Shown here: positions 23,891 to 37,826 of the stretch, one piece after another
Layout of the letters: the number at the start of each line of letters is the position of its first letter
How positions within the stretch are numbered: position 1 is the stretch's first letter
Assembly (NCBI GenBank): GCA_043228905.1
Contig: JBHGNT010000109.1
Coordinates: forward strand, 1 to 64,000
Direction: 5' to 3'
DNA length: 64,000 bases
Origin: Azolla caroliniana
Taxonomy: Eukaryota > Plantae > Polypodiophyta
Notes under the pieces: model-generated
Told to the model about the DNA's origin: nothing
The model's input: only the letters and a program-made list of their open reading frames with translations
Databases searched by the model: none
Position numbers and translations under genes: made by a program

Positions 23891-26008
23891 CCATATAATA
23901 TCCCGTGGTGAGAATTTACCGTAGTATTCTATACACGTGGATAAGTGTGAGTGTTAAACGAGAATGTAAAGAAGGGGAGGATTACTTTTAAATCCTCGGG
24001 ATTGAGACAACCCATTAGGCCAAGTGTTAACATGGTTGGGGCCTTGGGTATCACTATAAATAGAGGCCTAACTACCCTCATTTCATTATCTTGTTGACTA
24101 CGTCGAGACTTTGTCTTGTGGTGGGTCAACTCTTGTAGCAAGCGCGCCAGCACCAAGTATGACTCGACGCCACAGTGGTGGTATGGGATGCCGATTGAGG
24201 CTCGAGTCCATCTCGATCCCTTCGCTCGGGAGTCCACCCTTCTTTCTCTCTCTCCTTTCTTTCTATCTATCCTTATCTGATGCTTACTTTAGTACATGTC
24301 TCTAATAATCCGGCCCTTAGCATTCGTCCAAAATATCCAGAATACTCTGCTCCAAGGTGTCCAATGGTTCTTCGAGAATCTGTTGTTGTTGCTGTTGTGG
24401 CTGCTGTTGCTCCGACTTCAGTTCCTTTGACTGTTGCTCCTTGGGTGGCGTCGGTTCGGCTCCCGGTACCGGCGGTTGTGGCGGTGATTCCTCCGTCAAC
24501 TGCTCTGCCATTTGACTCCAGTTTACTTGCCCCGGCCTTGTCCTCATCCAGTCCTTGCCCCGACGATGGGTCCTCATCGCTGAGGTTGACGGTCGCTGCT
24601 TGCCTTGCTTCTTCTTGCCGTAGCCTAGTCCGGTCATAGCTTTCAAACTGGATTTTAGCATCTAGTCGATCATCGTCCAACTGTGCTACTAGTTGTCGGA
24701 CCACTGCTGACTGTTCCTCCGCCAAAGTTACAAAGTCTTTTGCTAACTCATCTCTTACGGTGGTGAAGTCCTCCTTCGTTAGCATGTGGCAGTCGTCGCC
24801 ATCCTTCTGCCGGTTTTCCGCGTACGCCCTTAGCAACTGGAGCCTCGTTGTGTGCTTTGCCCATTTGTCCCACCATTGCGCGGAGCTTTCGTCAATCATG
24901 CGTTTTGTCTTGTTCCTCCATGCCTGGACAATGAACTGGAGCCGCTTCCTTCTCCCGTGTCTGCTTCCTTCTCCCGGTAATGTGACAATTGGTTTTGGTA
25001 GGTGTTCTGCAACCTCTGCAATACCATTGTCGCTCTTTCCTTTTCTTCATAATGCTGCTTATGGAGCTCCATACGTTCCTGTGCGGCTTCCTCTAGTAGC
25101 GTTGTTCTTTCAGCCCGTTCTTCAGCTAGCGTTGTCTCGGCTCGATGAACTTCTTGCCGGAGCTCTGCCATCTTCTCCTGCTGCTTCTTATGCTCTGTAT
25201 CCAGGTGCTCAAAATCATCGGTCTTCTTCTTCAACTTCTGGTTGAGTTGTCGGCGAGCGCAGTCTTCCCGATCTTTCTATTGATGGAGTTCTTCTTTAAG
25301 TCTTTCAATCTCCATTTCCGCCATCGGTCACAACTTATCCTTTTCTTGCAACACTTTCTCTTTCTCCTTCTTAAGCTGGTCATATGCATGATGTCCTTTC
25401 CGTAGATTCTCTTCTGCCCGGCGGAGGTTCTCAGCAGTCTTTCTTTGTTCTTCTTCAGCTGCTTTCTTCATGTCCCTTTCTCGGGTGTGTAATGCTTCTT
25501 GTGTGGCCAATTCATCTTTCAATTCGGCAAGCTCTTTCGCTTGCGCCACCACTGTCTCCAGGACTGGTTCCATCTCCGGGGTCTTATTACTATGTACAGG
25601 TGTTGGTGTGTCTTTATTCTGTACATCTACCAGAGTCACTAGTGCTTGGATCTGTGGTCCGGTTAAGGCCATTTTGGCCAATTCTTCTGTGGCCAGGTCC
25701 AAGTCTTGTTCTAGGTGCCAGATCCTCGACCGAGCCATCTCTAGTTCTCCGGTTGTGACTAGCAACCGGTCCATCTGCGCTTTCTCTTCCTCCTCTATGT
25801 AGTGCACCACTCCGGCAATCTGTTCTCCAATCCACCGGAGCCATTGGCTGCCGGTACCTTGTTGTTGCATATGCACGAAGGGTTGGTTGTTGGTTCCGCT
25901 AGCTAGTGGTCGGTCTTGTCCGGTTGCGTCGAGCTGCAACTCAGTCTCTGGTTGGTGACCACTTTGCCATTCTAGTTCCGGTTGCACCTCTGTTGGCCGC
26001 TCCGCTTC

Positions 26009-29000
26009 TGTTGAGAGACAAGCTCAACATGGGCCGGATCGGCTGAGCAAGCCGAGGACTGGATCGGTTGGGACCGGATCGGTGCGTAAAACGGATATGG
26101 CATTGGTGCGTAAAACGGATACGCAAACCGGTGCGTGACGAGAGGCCGTATCGGTGCGTAAACCGAAAGGCCGTTAGAGAGATATTCCTCGTAAGGAATA
26201 GTTTTGGGAGTAAGTGTCGAGGCTCATTCATGAGCAGTCAAGTACTATCAGTACTTGTGTCAGCCGATTGTTAGGGCTTGTATAAAAAGGTGCTCACTGA
26301 GTTAGTATTTTTTGAATTGAGTTTTTCTGTGTGTTCTCTCTCTCTGTCTCTCCCGCATACTGTGTATACTCAAGCTCTCCATTAAACCTACGTATTTTCT
26401 ATGTGTTTGGTTTTCTATTGCTTCCGCACATAATCTTTTACATGGTATCAGAGCGCGAGGGTTGAGAACCTCTGCAGCCGACATAGCTTGAAAGAAAAAC
26501 CAACTAAGAAGAACAGGCAAAACCAATGGATAGAGGCATGGCTAGCTCGCTTCCGACGGAGAAGCTCGACAGAAAGAACTATGCGTCTTGGTCTTACAAG
26601 ATGCACTAGTACCTGCTCGGACACGATTACTGGAGCTATGTTGATGGAGCAAATGACACAATACTCGATTCGACACACAAAGACTTCCCGGTGTGGGAAC
26701 AATCGGCGAGCAGAGTGTTGTACTATTTCACGTCTTGTGTGGGCGAACAACTATTAACCTACATTCGGGATGCAAAAACACTGAAGGGTGCGTGGGAAAA
26801 TCTAAAGAAGATCTTCGCCGCGAGCACCACAACCAGGAAGCTTCAATTCGGATAGGAATTGAGCAACCTACGACAACGCGATTTGTCGGTAGCTGACTAT
26901 ACCTCGAAGATCAAGGACATATGCGACTCCTTAGCTTCCATCGATGTGAACATCGAGGAAAGCGAGATGGTCCAGGTCTGTCTCAGGGGTTTGGCGTCGA
27001 AGTTCGGGGCGTTCTGAACTGTTGTGTGTACCCGGGAGAATACGCCGTCCTTTTTCGACTTACAGTCGATGCTCCTGGTAGAGGAGAACCACACGGGTGC
27101 GTCAACGAGAACGCACACCGACAAGAAGATGTTGTACACGGAGGGAGATAGGCCCCGTGGACATGGAGGACGAGGCGAGTCGGTGCGCAATGGAGGCGGC
27201 CCACGAGATCAAGGAAGCAGGCACCGAAATGATGCCGACAGCAATTCCGGACCCTCTGGAAACAAGGGGAGTCGAGGCGATGAGAACCGGCAAGGGAAAC
27301 CCGCCACGGAATGCTGGTATTGTGGCAAGAAAGGCCACAAGGAGAGCAAGTGCTGGAAAAAGCGCGCCGAGCCGGAGAGGACCGGTTTCGGATTTAGTTC
27401 CGGACATACTGACAAAGGAAACCGGCAACGATCGCACTACGCCGAAGGATCCAGAAAAGCCGGAAAAGGGACTCCCTTCGTGACAAGACATGAAGCAAAC
27501 TCAATGAAGCAGACCACCCCGAAATCGGACGAGGTGTGGTACGTCGACTCCGGCGCGTCAAATCACATGACGAGCCATAAGGAGTGGTTCTCGTACCTAG
27601 AAGAACCGATGCAACTAGGAGTAGTCGCAACCGGAGACGACACTCCGCATCCGATCGCGAATGTCGGAGAAGTTCCGTTGAGCCATGTCGGGAAGAAAGG
27701 GAAACTCATGAACGTGCTACACGTTCCGACAATCACGAAAAACTTGGTGTCGGTCGGACATATCATCAACCAAGGGATGGAGGTCCGGTTTACACACCTC
27801 GGGTGCTTCATTGAGGAAGAAGGCCGTGTTATTGCGCAAGGGCGCAGAGACGGGAGGATGTTCATCCTCGACTCTACTGACGGTGGCACCGCAATGTTCG
27901 CGAAGGGACAAAAAGTCGAGTCGGACATCGACTTATGGCACAAGCGGATAGGCCATGTCAACTACTAATGGCTTCAAGACCTGCAATCGAAACAAGTGGT
28001 GTTCGGATTGCCCAAATTTAGTGGCCGGAAGGCACACATTTGTGAAGCCTGCCAGCTTGGGAAGCAACACCGACTTCCTTTCCCCAATGAGCGTAACCGG
28101 AGCCGGAACAAGCTCGATTTGATACACTCCAATTTGTGGGGGCTGGCACAAAATGTTAGTCTTGGCGGGAGCCGATATTTTGTCTCCTTCATCGACGACT
28201 ACACGCGGCACACGTGGATCTACCTCATTGAGAGGAAGAGCGACGTCTTCGACTATTTCCGGGACCTCAAAGGGTTCGTGGAAACGGAAACAGGAAGAAA
28301 GATCAAGTGCCTGTGGTCGGATGGCGGAAAAGAATACTTTTCCAGTCAATTCAATGGTTATCTACAACAGATGGGAATTCGGCGCGAATTCAATTGTAGA
28401 TACACGCCGGAGAAAAACGGCATGGCCGAGAGGAAAAATTGGTCGGTTGTGGAAGCGGCACGGGCAATGCTGGAGGAGAAGAGCTTGCCCAAGTTCTACT
28501 GGGCCGAGGTGGTAAGGACCGTGGTATACATCCAGAATCGGATCGGAGACACAGTCTCAGCGCATGAGCTATATTTCGGAAGGAAGCCGAATTTACGACA
28601 CTTGAGAGTTTTCGGTAGCATTGCGTATGTGCATGTGCCGAAGGAGAAACGGAGGAAGCTGGACGCAAAGGCCGAGAAGAGTATCTTGGTCGGCTATTCG
28701 GACGAGCAGAAGGGTTATAAGTGTTATAACCCACGCACCAAACAAGCGCGCGTGAGCCGCGACGTTGTTTTTGACCAATCCGCGTCCTGGTACTTGCCTC
28801 TGACTCCAGACCTCACCTCCAATCCGAGTTCTGACGATGAGGCCAGCAAGGCCGAGATGCCTCCGGATGAGCCTGAAATCGGGACCCGCGAAGAGAGTCT
28901 GACTTCGGTTCGCTTAAGTGGACCACATGGGCATATGAGTCGGTTTGACCAGTCCGATGAAGAGCCGGCGAGTAGTGGAGACTCGGCCATGCATTCCCCA

Positions 29001-31911
29001 CGCAAGAAACCGAGGAGACGGCTTATGCGCAAAGAGAAAGGGAAGAAGAAGGTGTCGGATTCCGGCACAGATAGGAACGAGTCAGACCGACGCGAGTCCG
29101 ACTCCGAGGGAAGCAGTGATGGGTCTTCAAGAGCGAAGTCCGCGTCGGCCGAGAAAACCTCAACATCGGCTAAGGACCGATTACGTTGATCTACCCGCTA
29201 GAAGAACCTAGTTGTGTGGTTCAAATACAATGAGTACATGGCGCATCATTATGCATACATGACTCGTGTAGCGGAAGTGCGTGAGCCAGAGACTACGTAG
29301 AAGCAGCTAAGGACGCGAATTGGCGCGCCGCGATGGAGGAAGAGATGCACGCATTGGCGGAAAACGAGACCTGGGACTTGGTTGATGCACCGAAGGGTAT
29401 GAAGCCAATCGGATGTAGGTGGGTGTACAAGGTCAAGTACAACACCGATGGCTCGGTCAACTGATACAAGGCCCGGTTAGTGGCAAAAGGCTACACGCAG
29501 AAACACGACATCGACTACGATGAGACGTTTCCACCGGTCGCGAAGATGACGACCGTCCGTGTTTTGCTCGCGGTAGCTGCGACAAAAGGGATGGCACTTA
29601 CATCTGATGGATGTAAAGAATGTGTTCTTGCAAGGTGATCTTGAGGAACAGGTGTACATGGTACAACCCCCTGGATTTCACTCCGGAACGAACACGTCGG
29701 CAGTGTGCCGATTGAAGAAGTCCCTTTACAGATTGAAGCAAGCCACGCGTGCCTGGAACGCGAAGATCACGCAGAAACTGCGTCGGATGGAATTTGCAAT
29801 GTCAAAATCAAACTCTTCCCTATTCATCCAGAAAGGTCGACTCGGTCTAGTTAGTATTTTACTATATGTTGATGACTTGGTCATCACCGACGCCGACCTA
29901 GATGAAATCGACCGCGTGAAGCTCCAGCTTGCGGCATCGTTCGACATGAAGGATCTGGGGGATCTTCATTACTTCCTCAGGATCGAAGTGATCCGTACCC
30001 CTGAAGGCATATTGATCAGCCAACGCCATTATGTGCTGAGTATGCTCTTCAAATTCGGGATGGCCAACTGTAAGTCCGTCTTGACTCCTCTGGATAGAAC
30101 CGTCAAGCTTCGCCCCAATTCCGGCAAGGTATGCGACCCGACGAGGTTCCGAGCCTTATCTACTTGACAATCACCCGACTTGATCTCAGTTATCCGGTCG
30201 GGGTGATCAGTTAGTTCATGGCGCCACCTACCGAGGAGCACCTTCAATGTGCGCAACGCATACTGCGGTACGTAAGCGGCACTAAGGACCGGGGATTGTT
30301 ACATCGGACCGGTACAACCTCGCAGTTGGTCGGCTACATTGATGCTAATTGGGATGGTAACGCCGCTAATCGCCGATCCACGTCCGGATACGCATTCTCT
30401 CTTGGGAGTGCCGCGATCGTGTGGAGTAGTAAGAAGCAGTTGACAGTTGCACTGTCGAGCACCGAAGCTAAGTATTGAGGAGCGGCTGTCGCGACATGCG
30501 AAGCCATATGGTTGAAGCGGCTACTTAAGGACCTGCATTCTCTCTTGGGAGTGCCGCGATTGCGTGGAGTAGTAAGAAGTAGTCGACAGTTGCACTGTCG
30601 AGCACCGAAGCTGAGTACCGAGGAGCGGCTGTCGCGACATGCGAAGCCATATGGTTGAAGCGGCTACATAAGGACTTGCAAAAGGAGGTGTCCTATCCGA
30701 CGATGATCTACTGCAACAACCTCAGCAGCATCCAGCTTGCGAAGAAGCCCGTTTTCCACGTACGGACCAAGCACATTGAGGTGCACTACCATTTTGTCCG
30801 TGAGCATGTCCTTTCTAGTGAAGTCGAACTTCAGTATGTTCCGATGGATCGGCAGACTGTCGACAACTTCACCAAGCCTCTTGGTCTGGACAAGTTGTGG
30901 CAATTCTCGGGTGCGCTTGGGTTGCGTCACCTCGACGTGCCGAACTTGAGGGGGAGAGATCTCCCAAATGACCACGGAAGGGGGAGAGAAGACCGCGACG
31001 CCGAGTTGGATGACGAATTCGATTTCGGATTGGTTGAAGAAGCCGAGGGCGGATCCACAGAAGAGTCCAAAAGCAGACATAAGGGGAGCAGCCGAAAGAA
31101 AGAGCCGAAGCCAACCAAGCACGGGGGAGATGACACCGTCAACGGCAAGAAGACCAAAGACGAGTTGGAGACATCCAACTCAGACGAAAGCGAAAACCGA
31201 TCGGAGGTAGCTGAGTCGGTTCAGATGTTTGATTCGGATACACTGAATCAGCCGAGGGCCAAGCGGAAAAGAATGCAGCAAGAGATGCACCAACACCGCG
31301 ACATCAAGGGAGCTGTGAAGGGCCGTGGGAGCCGACAAGCCGACTGGAAGGGTAGGAGCGTGTAGAGTCAAACAGGCCGAGGAGCGCGAGTGAGGCGTGG
31401 AGCCAGGAGGAACCGGAGGGGTGATCCCGAAGATCCCGAAGAGCCTCAAGTTGAGCTTGAGGGGGAGTGTTGAAAGACAAGCTCAACATTGGTTGGATCG
31501 GTTGAGCAAGCCGAGGACTGGATCGGTTGGGACCGGATCGGTTAGGCCGGACCGGTGCGTAAAACGGATATGCAAACTGGTGCGTTACGAGAGGCCGTAT
31601 TGGTGCGTAAACCGAAAGGCCGTTAGAGAGATATTCCTCGTAAGGAATAGTTTGGGGACTAAGTGTCGAGGCTCATTCATGAGTAGTCAATTATTGTCAG
31701 TACTTGTGTCAGCCGATTGTCAGGGCTTGTATAAAAAGGTGCTCACTGAGCACGGTGTATGTACAAAGAGTTAGTATTTTTTGAATTGAGTTTTTCTGTG
31801 TGTTCTCTCTCTCTGTCTCTCCCGCGTACTGTGTATACTCAAGCTCTCCATTAAACCTGCGTATTTTCTGTGTGTTTGGTTTTCTATTGCTTCTGCACAT
31901 AATCTTTTACA
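26009..31911 (+). mobile_element. Copia C, full-length decayed (LTRs 26009-26442 and 31468-31911)
   Basis: TG..CA LTRs; PBS TGGTATCAGAGC; PPT GAGGGGGAG; TSD GCTTC/TCTTC (1 mismatch); CWYCGKKGH, WYVDSGASNH, integrase, LLYVDDL, RNase H. Confidence 0.95.
30392..30680 (+). repeat. 143-bp tandem duplication inside the Copia C RNase H
   Basis: GCATTCTCTCTTGGGAGTGCCGCGAT starts at 30392 and 30535. Confidence 0.9.
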
Positions 31912-33390
31912 TCTTCTGATTGCGCTTGACCTGCCGGTGCGGGAGGCAATTGTATTGCCAGCGCTTGAATTTCGGGTCTTGCTGTATCCTGACCCGCCGG
32001 TATAGCTTGTTGTGCAGGGAGCTTTGTGACCGGTTCTGTCTGAACCAGTTCCGGTTCCACCCTTGGTGCGGGATGCTCAGCGCGGGGTAGAGGCGTTCCA
32101 TCCTTCTTTGGGTCTGAACGCTCCCCAACTTGTTCTGCGGTGCTTGCCTTCTGGCGCCGTTGGAGGTGCTCTAATGGTTCCTCCTCCGCTTCCTCCTCCG
32201 CTTCCTCCTCCCGAGTCCCGATGTTGATTTTTTCCACCAAGGGGTCTGGCTCTTGTTGAACCAGTCACTGAAATATGATCTTTATTGGCCGTGCCAGTGT
32301 CTCCTCCTGCGTTTCCGCCTGCCGCTTCCTATTGGCACGCTCTTTTGCCGCCTTGTCCGTGTCGGCCATCTTCCCTTTGGGTGCCTTAGAGGCCAACAAC
32401 TGTTGTCGTTTCGAAGCCGTTTTTGGGGTGCCTTCAGTTGTTCTCCCACACTTCGTGGTCTTGGCGGGCTCGATAGGTGGCACCAATAGGGTGAGCCATT
32501 GCGCCACTACAGTCCATATTTTCCGACCCTCCTTGCCTCTTAGAGAGTCGATGGCCGCATAGGGGCCGTCCGCAATTAGTACCGACCAGGTCACCTTCAT
32601 GCCTTCATACGTTGCTATGACTAAGCCAGCTCGGTTCTGAGGCATGCACGGGGGTCGAGGGTATACATGTCCAAATTCATGGAGCACACGGGCAATCTCT
32701 CTAAATAATGTATCTTCGCCGCCCTGTGTCCTATAGGCCTTGCTGGCTAGAGAGTATTCGCCAAAATATTTTCGAAGCTGCTCCGGGGTAAGGTTGTCGA
32801 TAGTGAAGATGCCCCCCTCCAGAAGGCCAATCAAAGCATGGATGGCCTCCTTTGTGATCAGCTCAGTGTCGATTACCTATACTATCTTGTCCGCCTCCTG
32901 GTGCGGTGGCGCCTCCATGATCGTGAGGAAACCTTCTAACCCGTGTTGCCTTAGCCACTTCTTGGTTGCTTCAGAGAGTGCTTGGCAGTCCATGGCTTCT
33001 TCGAGGTCGGTGAGCGCTGGTGAGGGATGTGTGTGAGGAGGCTCTGTGTGCGTGGGCTCGCGTCTGATGATCTTCAATCGCCTATCTGCGTTTGTGCTCT
33101 GTTCGCGAAATGTGAAGACCTCTATGAGGTGGGGGTTTTCTTGCTGCATGTTGGCGCCTATTTTTCTTACCCGCGTGTGCGCACGTCGTGTACTAGAATA
33201 GAATGACGTGCCATGTGGCGGCGGTTTAATACCCTATTAATAGCCCACTACATACCTTTTCAAAGTGCTTGTTCACTCCTTGTTCTTGCATGTGTCCGTT
33301 CACACCTCGCCCTTGCATGATTTACTTTGATTTGATTTGATTTAATTCATTTTTTTCTTTTCTTTTCTTTTTTTTAATAAAACTATTCGG

Positions 33391-36300
33391 TTAATTCGCA
33401 TCTGGTCCCACCGGACCCCTATTCGAATTGTGGGACTTACTGGCCGATGGACTGCTTGTCGTCACGTCGTTCTTGTCATTTGCCGGCTCATGCTCCCTCT
33501 TACCGGCTTCGCGCTTGCTGTTTGCTAAACGTGTTACCGTCTCTTCCGACTGACCGGTATCCGGTTTTGTGTCGGCCTTTACTTGTTCAAATGGGTTTCT
33601 TGGCATGGGTCCATTGTATGGTTTGAGTCGGAACCCATTGACCCATTTACCCAGAACATCGCCGACGAGTGTGTCCTGTAATAGACAGAAGTGTCAGCTT
33701 TGAACCGCTAAGCATTTCCTCTCGTCTCTGTTCATCTCCTCCGGAGGTAAGCCGGTGCTCAGAAATTGGTGCATGTTGGTAAGCTACTTGTCTTCCTCTA
33801 TGACCGTACCATCCGCTGTCATTTCTGTTGTGACTCTAAACAGCTCTGCATCCAGGAAATCGTTTGGGACGCCATCACCGGTTTCGCCGGAATCTAACCG
33901 GCTAAAATAGTCTGCTACCGCATGTTGTATGCCGGGTCGGTGGAATATCTCGAACTCAAATTCTTGTAATAGTAACGTCCACCGGGCCAGCTGACCAGTG
34001 AGTGATGCTTTGGACACCAAATAGAGGAGCGCCGAATAATCTATGTGAAAGGAAAATTTCCTTCCCAACAGATAGTGTCTAAACTTGGTGACATTGTAGA
34101 TCATGCCCAAGGCCTCTCTTTCCGTTGTGGAATAATTACGTTCTGCTTGGGACAGCTTCCAGCTGGCATAATACACTGGCCGGTACCACTTCGGTTCTGT
34201 AAGTTGCATAAGTGCACTCCCGATTGCGATGTCGAACGCGTCAACGAACACATGGAACTCTTTAGACCAATCCGGAGGTTGCACCACCGACGCTTGTGAC
34301 AATAGTACTTTTAGTGCCCGATAAGCCTTGTCTTCTGTGTCCGTCCATTGGAACGATGTCCGTTGTACCGCGACATGCAATGGTGTAGCTAGGTCTGCCA
34401 AATACCAAAGCATTCAGCTATGCCACCGAAATTGTCCTAAGAACCAACTTAATGTCTTTGCCGTGGTTGGTGCCAGTGCCTCCAAAATAGCTTTGACCTT
34501 GTCCAGATCCACTGCAATACCGTCCTTGCTCACGATGTGGCCAAGTAATGCTCCGCTGGACACTCCGAACACGCATTTTGTCGGGTTCAGGCTTAGTCAG
34601 TAAACCCTACATTTCTCCAAACATAGTCGGAGGTGCTGAAGGTGATCCCCTTTCTGGCTATAAATAGCGAAGTCGTCTAGGAACACCTGCATGAATGCCG
34701 GAATGAATTCTCCAAAAATCTCCATGATGATCGGCTGGAAGGTTGCCGGCGCCGTTTTCAGTCCGATCATCATAACTACGGCAATAAAGACTCCCCATTC
34801 GGTCGAAAAAGCGGTTTTCTCCTGGTCGTCGGGGTGCATCCAGATCTGATTATAGCCGTTGAAACTGTCCAGAAAACTGTACACCTCATGACCGGCGACC
34901 GCATGCAGGACTCCATCCGTGAATGGAAGTGGGAAGGCGTCCGTTACCGTAGCCGCATTCAATTTCCGGTAGTCGACGCAAACTCTTATCTTACCGTTCT
35001 TTTTCGGTACTACGACTATCGGACTAAGCCATGTGGCTTTCTTTACCGATCGGATAAAGCCAACCCTTAGCAACTTGTTGATTTCTTCTTTGACTTTTGT
35101 TGTGTAATTCGGGTTCATCCGGTAACGTCGTTGCGCTACCAGTTTGGCGTCTTTACTCAGATGTATCTGGTGTTGATACAACTGAGGATCGAGTCCCCGC
35201 ATGTCCTCATAGGACCAGGTGAACACATCGCGAAATTCTTTTAGGAGTGTGATCATTGCCATTTTGTTCTCCGGGGTCATTTCCTTGGCGATGTGAACCA
35301 GTCTTGCGTCCTCTGTGGTACCTAGGTTTACCTCTTCTAGTTGGGATGCTTTTACCCGCTGCAACACTACCATTTCTCTTTTCAGTGCCTCTTGTGCTTG
35401 CCGTAACTCCCAGATCGCTTCTTTATCTGGTTCCTCGTCAGTCCCGTCCGGTTGCAGTATGTACAGTGATACTGCTTCGGCTACATCAATTTCGAACAAC
35501 GGTACGATCTTCGGATTTTCCTGTAAGTATTGATCGACCTCTTCGTCCGCCAATCCTTCCAGCATGTTGACACATTCTGTATATAGCGGCATCAATTCCT
35601 TGCCGGTACCCGACTGTGGTTGAGTCGGTACTCGCACTTTTGCTTTCCCACGCCGGAACATAATTATATTCTTCCTTCAATTTTGCTTGATGTGTGTTGT
35701 TTTTAACCAAGGGCGTCCCAACAATAGTGGGTAAGCTCCCTGAGCTTGTAGCTGGAGAACTACTGCCAAAATGCGAAAACTGTGACCCCCTATGGTGACT
35801 CCTAGATCACGTATTAATACGGTCGGCCGTACTGAGCTTGTGTCCGCCATCCGAAGCCAAAACGGGCATGGTTCCCAGTCATGGATTCCTAGAGTGTCAC
35901 ACGTTCGGAGGCCGATCACGTTCACGCTGGATCCTCCATCGATAATCGTGCCGGGTAGCTCTTTTCCTTTCACGATGGCTGTGATTGCCGGACTGCTCGT
36001 GTCTACTACCACCGGTCCTTCCTCCCGATTTGAAAAGAAAGCTTGAGTTGGTGGTATGTTGGCTGTTGTCCTTCCTCTCTTCAGTCCTTCCGTGAAGTGT
36101 GGTACCAGTTGCAATAGCCGGCCTAACGGCAACATTATTTGGCATTCTTGTGACGCCTGCCATGTTGGGTTTTCGGGCTGCCCTAAGCCGATGAGCTCTT
36201 TGGCATTCTCCTTTTGTTGTTCGAGATCTGCCGCATTCCGTTCGTTTGCCTTCTTCACCCATTCGGTTACCTGCTTCCAGATGGCTTCTTGAGTTTCCCA

Positions 36301-37773
36301 CTCCGTGGCTTTGCCTTTTGATCTTGTAGTGACTTGTTGTAAGTCTGTGACTTTTGCGTCTACCATGTTCACCGTTGGTCGCTTGTTGTAGCTCTTTGCC
36401 AGACATTGGTTACTATAGTGGCCTTCTTGCCGGCAATAATAGTAGTACACCTTTCGGGAGTTGCTGGATTCCTCATTTGTGCCTGCACCCGGTTGAGGTC
36501 CTGTGGTAAGTGCTTGGTTTTGGTCCGGTTGGCTGCTTGGAGCGCCCTTTTCCGGTTCCTGTGGCTGACCCCCCCTTTTATTGAAATATCGTTTCTTGTT
36601 GAAATTCTTTTTGTTTCGGTAACCGTGACGGGGCTGGTCGTCATGCTTGCCATAGTCATCCCGTCGTTGGTTGTAACCAGGGGAGTGATCCTGGTTGTAT
36701 CTCTCGTACCGTCCATTATAGTCCCAGTATCTATCATGTCTGTCATACCGGTCATAAGCGTCTCTTCGATCGCTGTACCGGACATCTTGTGCCAACTGGT
36801 AGCGCTCCTCTCGCCGCCAGCATTCTTTGTCTTCCTCCCGGTTGCTTTGTGGTTCAATTTGCCAGACTAGTGGTGCTTGCCGATTTAACAAGTTATATTC
36901 ACACCGTTCCATTGTGCGACTTCTGGAGTGGCAGAGCAAGCATTGGGAATGCATGGTGCATTCCAGCGCCGAATGTCCGACATTTAGGCATGTTGTACAT
37001 TGAATTGCTTGCCGGAAGCGGAGGTCCTCATCTATCAGTAGTGCACGCTGAAGTGCGCCCATGGTTAGCCATGAACTTGATTTTTCCATTTCCCCAACTC
37101 GGTCGATCACTTGATCTATGTTGCTAGTGTGGAAATCAATGACGGTGCACACCGTTCGTAAGGGTTCCCGGAGTGATGCTAAGAATATGGCCTTTGTTTC
37201 TTCCTCCGGATGTGTCGGCGTCGGAGGTCTTTCCCGGTCCTCTTTCGGTGTTGGAGGTCTTTCTTGCTCCTCTTTCGGTGTTGGAGGCCTCTCCTCCTCG
37301 ACTTCTGGTGTCGGAGGTCTCTCTTCCTCGACTTCTTGTTCCGGAGTGTGCTCAATTTCCGGTGCCGGAGGTTCCAGCCTTGTCAATTCTGGTTCCGGTG
37401 TTGGCAAGGTATCCGACTCCTCGTCCTCTGGTCCGTTTGGGGCGTCGTTGCTGCTACGGTAGTTCGTATGCACGATGTATTCCCCTTCTGAATCTGATTC
37501 AAAAGCTGAAAATGCTTCGGATTCGCCTTCGCCCGCTACCAATGCCTGGAGAAGGGATTCCGCTTCTCGAAGGCTGCTTAGGTTGCTTCCTTCGTCCGGG
37601 TAGTCGTTTTGTTGTAAACAAAGTGACTCCTTGGCCACTCTCCGGATCTCCTTGGAAAATGAGCGATCCGTTCTGATTTCTTCTGCCGCTTGCTGGAAAG
37701 CCTCTCGCTTCCTCAGCCGTTCAGCAAGTCTCCTTGCTCGCTCCGTAACCGGGTCGTTCGTTGGTCTAGTCAT
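33391..37773 (-). pseudogene. Gypsy B gag-pol (Tat/Athila-like), integrase core deleted
   Basis: EEERPPTP repeats, Cys/His knuckles, IIDGGSSVN protease, AFPLPFTD...FLDSFNGYNQI...VFLDDF RT, RPVYYAS.KLSQAERNYSTTEREAL RNase H; then a jump to VNGFRLKPY. Confidence 0.9.
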
Positions 37774-37826
37774 CGATTCCCGTCGCTGTTCGCTGCGATT
37801 GTGCAGGAATCGTGGTCGCCAAAAAC

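Larger units (their letters stand above)
17370..24307 (+). mobile_element. Gypsy A, full-length decayed plant chromovirus (LTRs 17370-17813 and 23877-24307)
   Basis: TSD ATCCG (17365-69, 24308-12); PBS TGGTTTCAGAGC (Met-i type); PPT AAAGAGGGGGAG; domain order gag-PR-RT-RH-INT-chromodomain. Confidence 0.95.
24308..33149 (-). pseudogene. Long extra ORF downstream of pol in Gypsy B (33149-31912, 26008-24308, stop at 17364-17362), with a coiled-coil-like C-terminal half
   Basis: Frame continues across the Copia C site (QSE|AERPTEVQPELEW) and the Gypsy A site (RMLRAG|TAG). Several internal stops and frameshifts. Confidence 0.75.

Noticed and set aside
24308-33149. Calling the extra ORF an env gene
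   Set aside because: No signal peptide or convincing transmembrane segment is visible.
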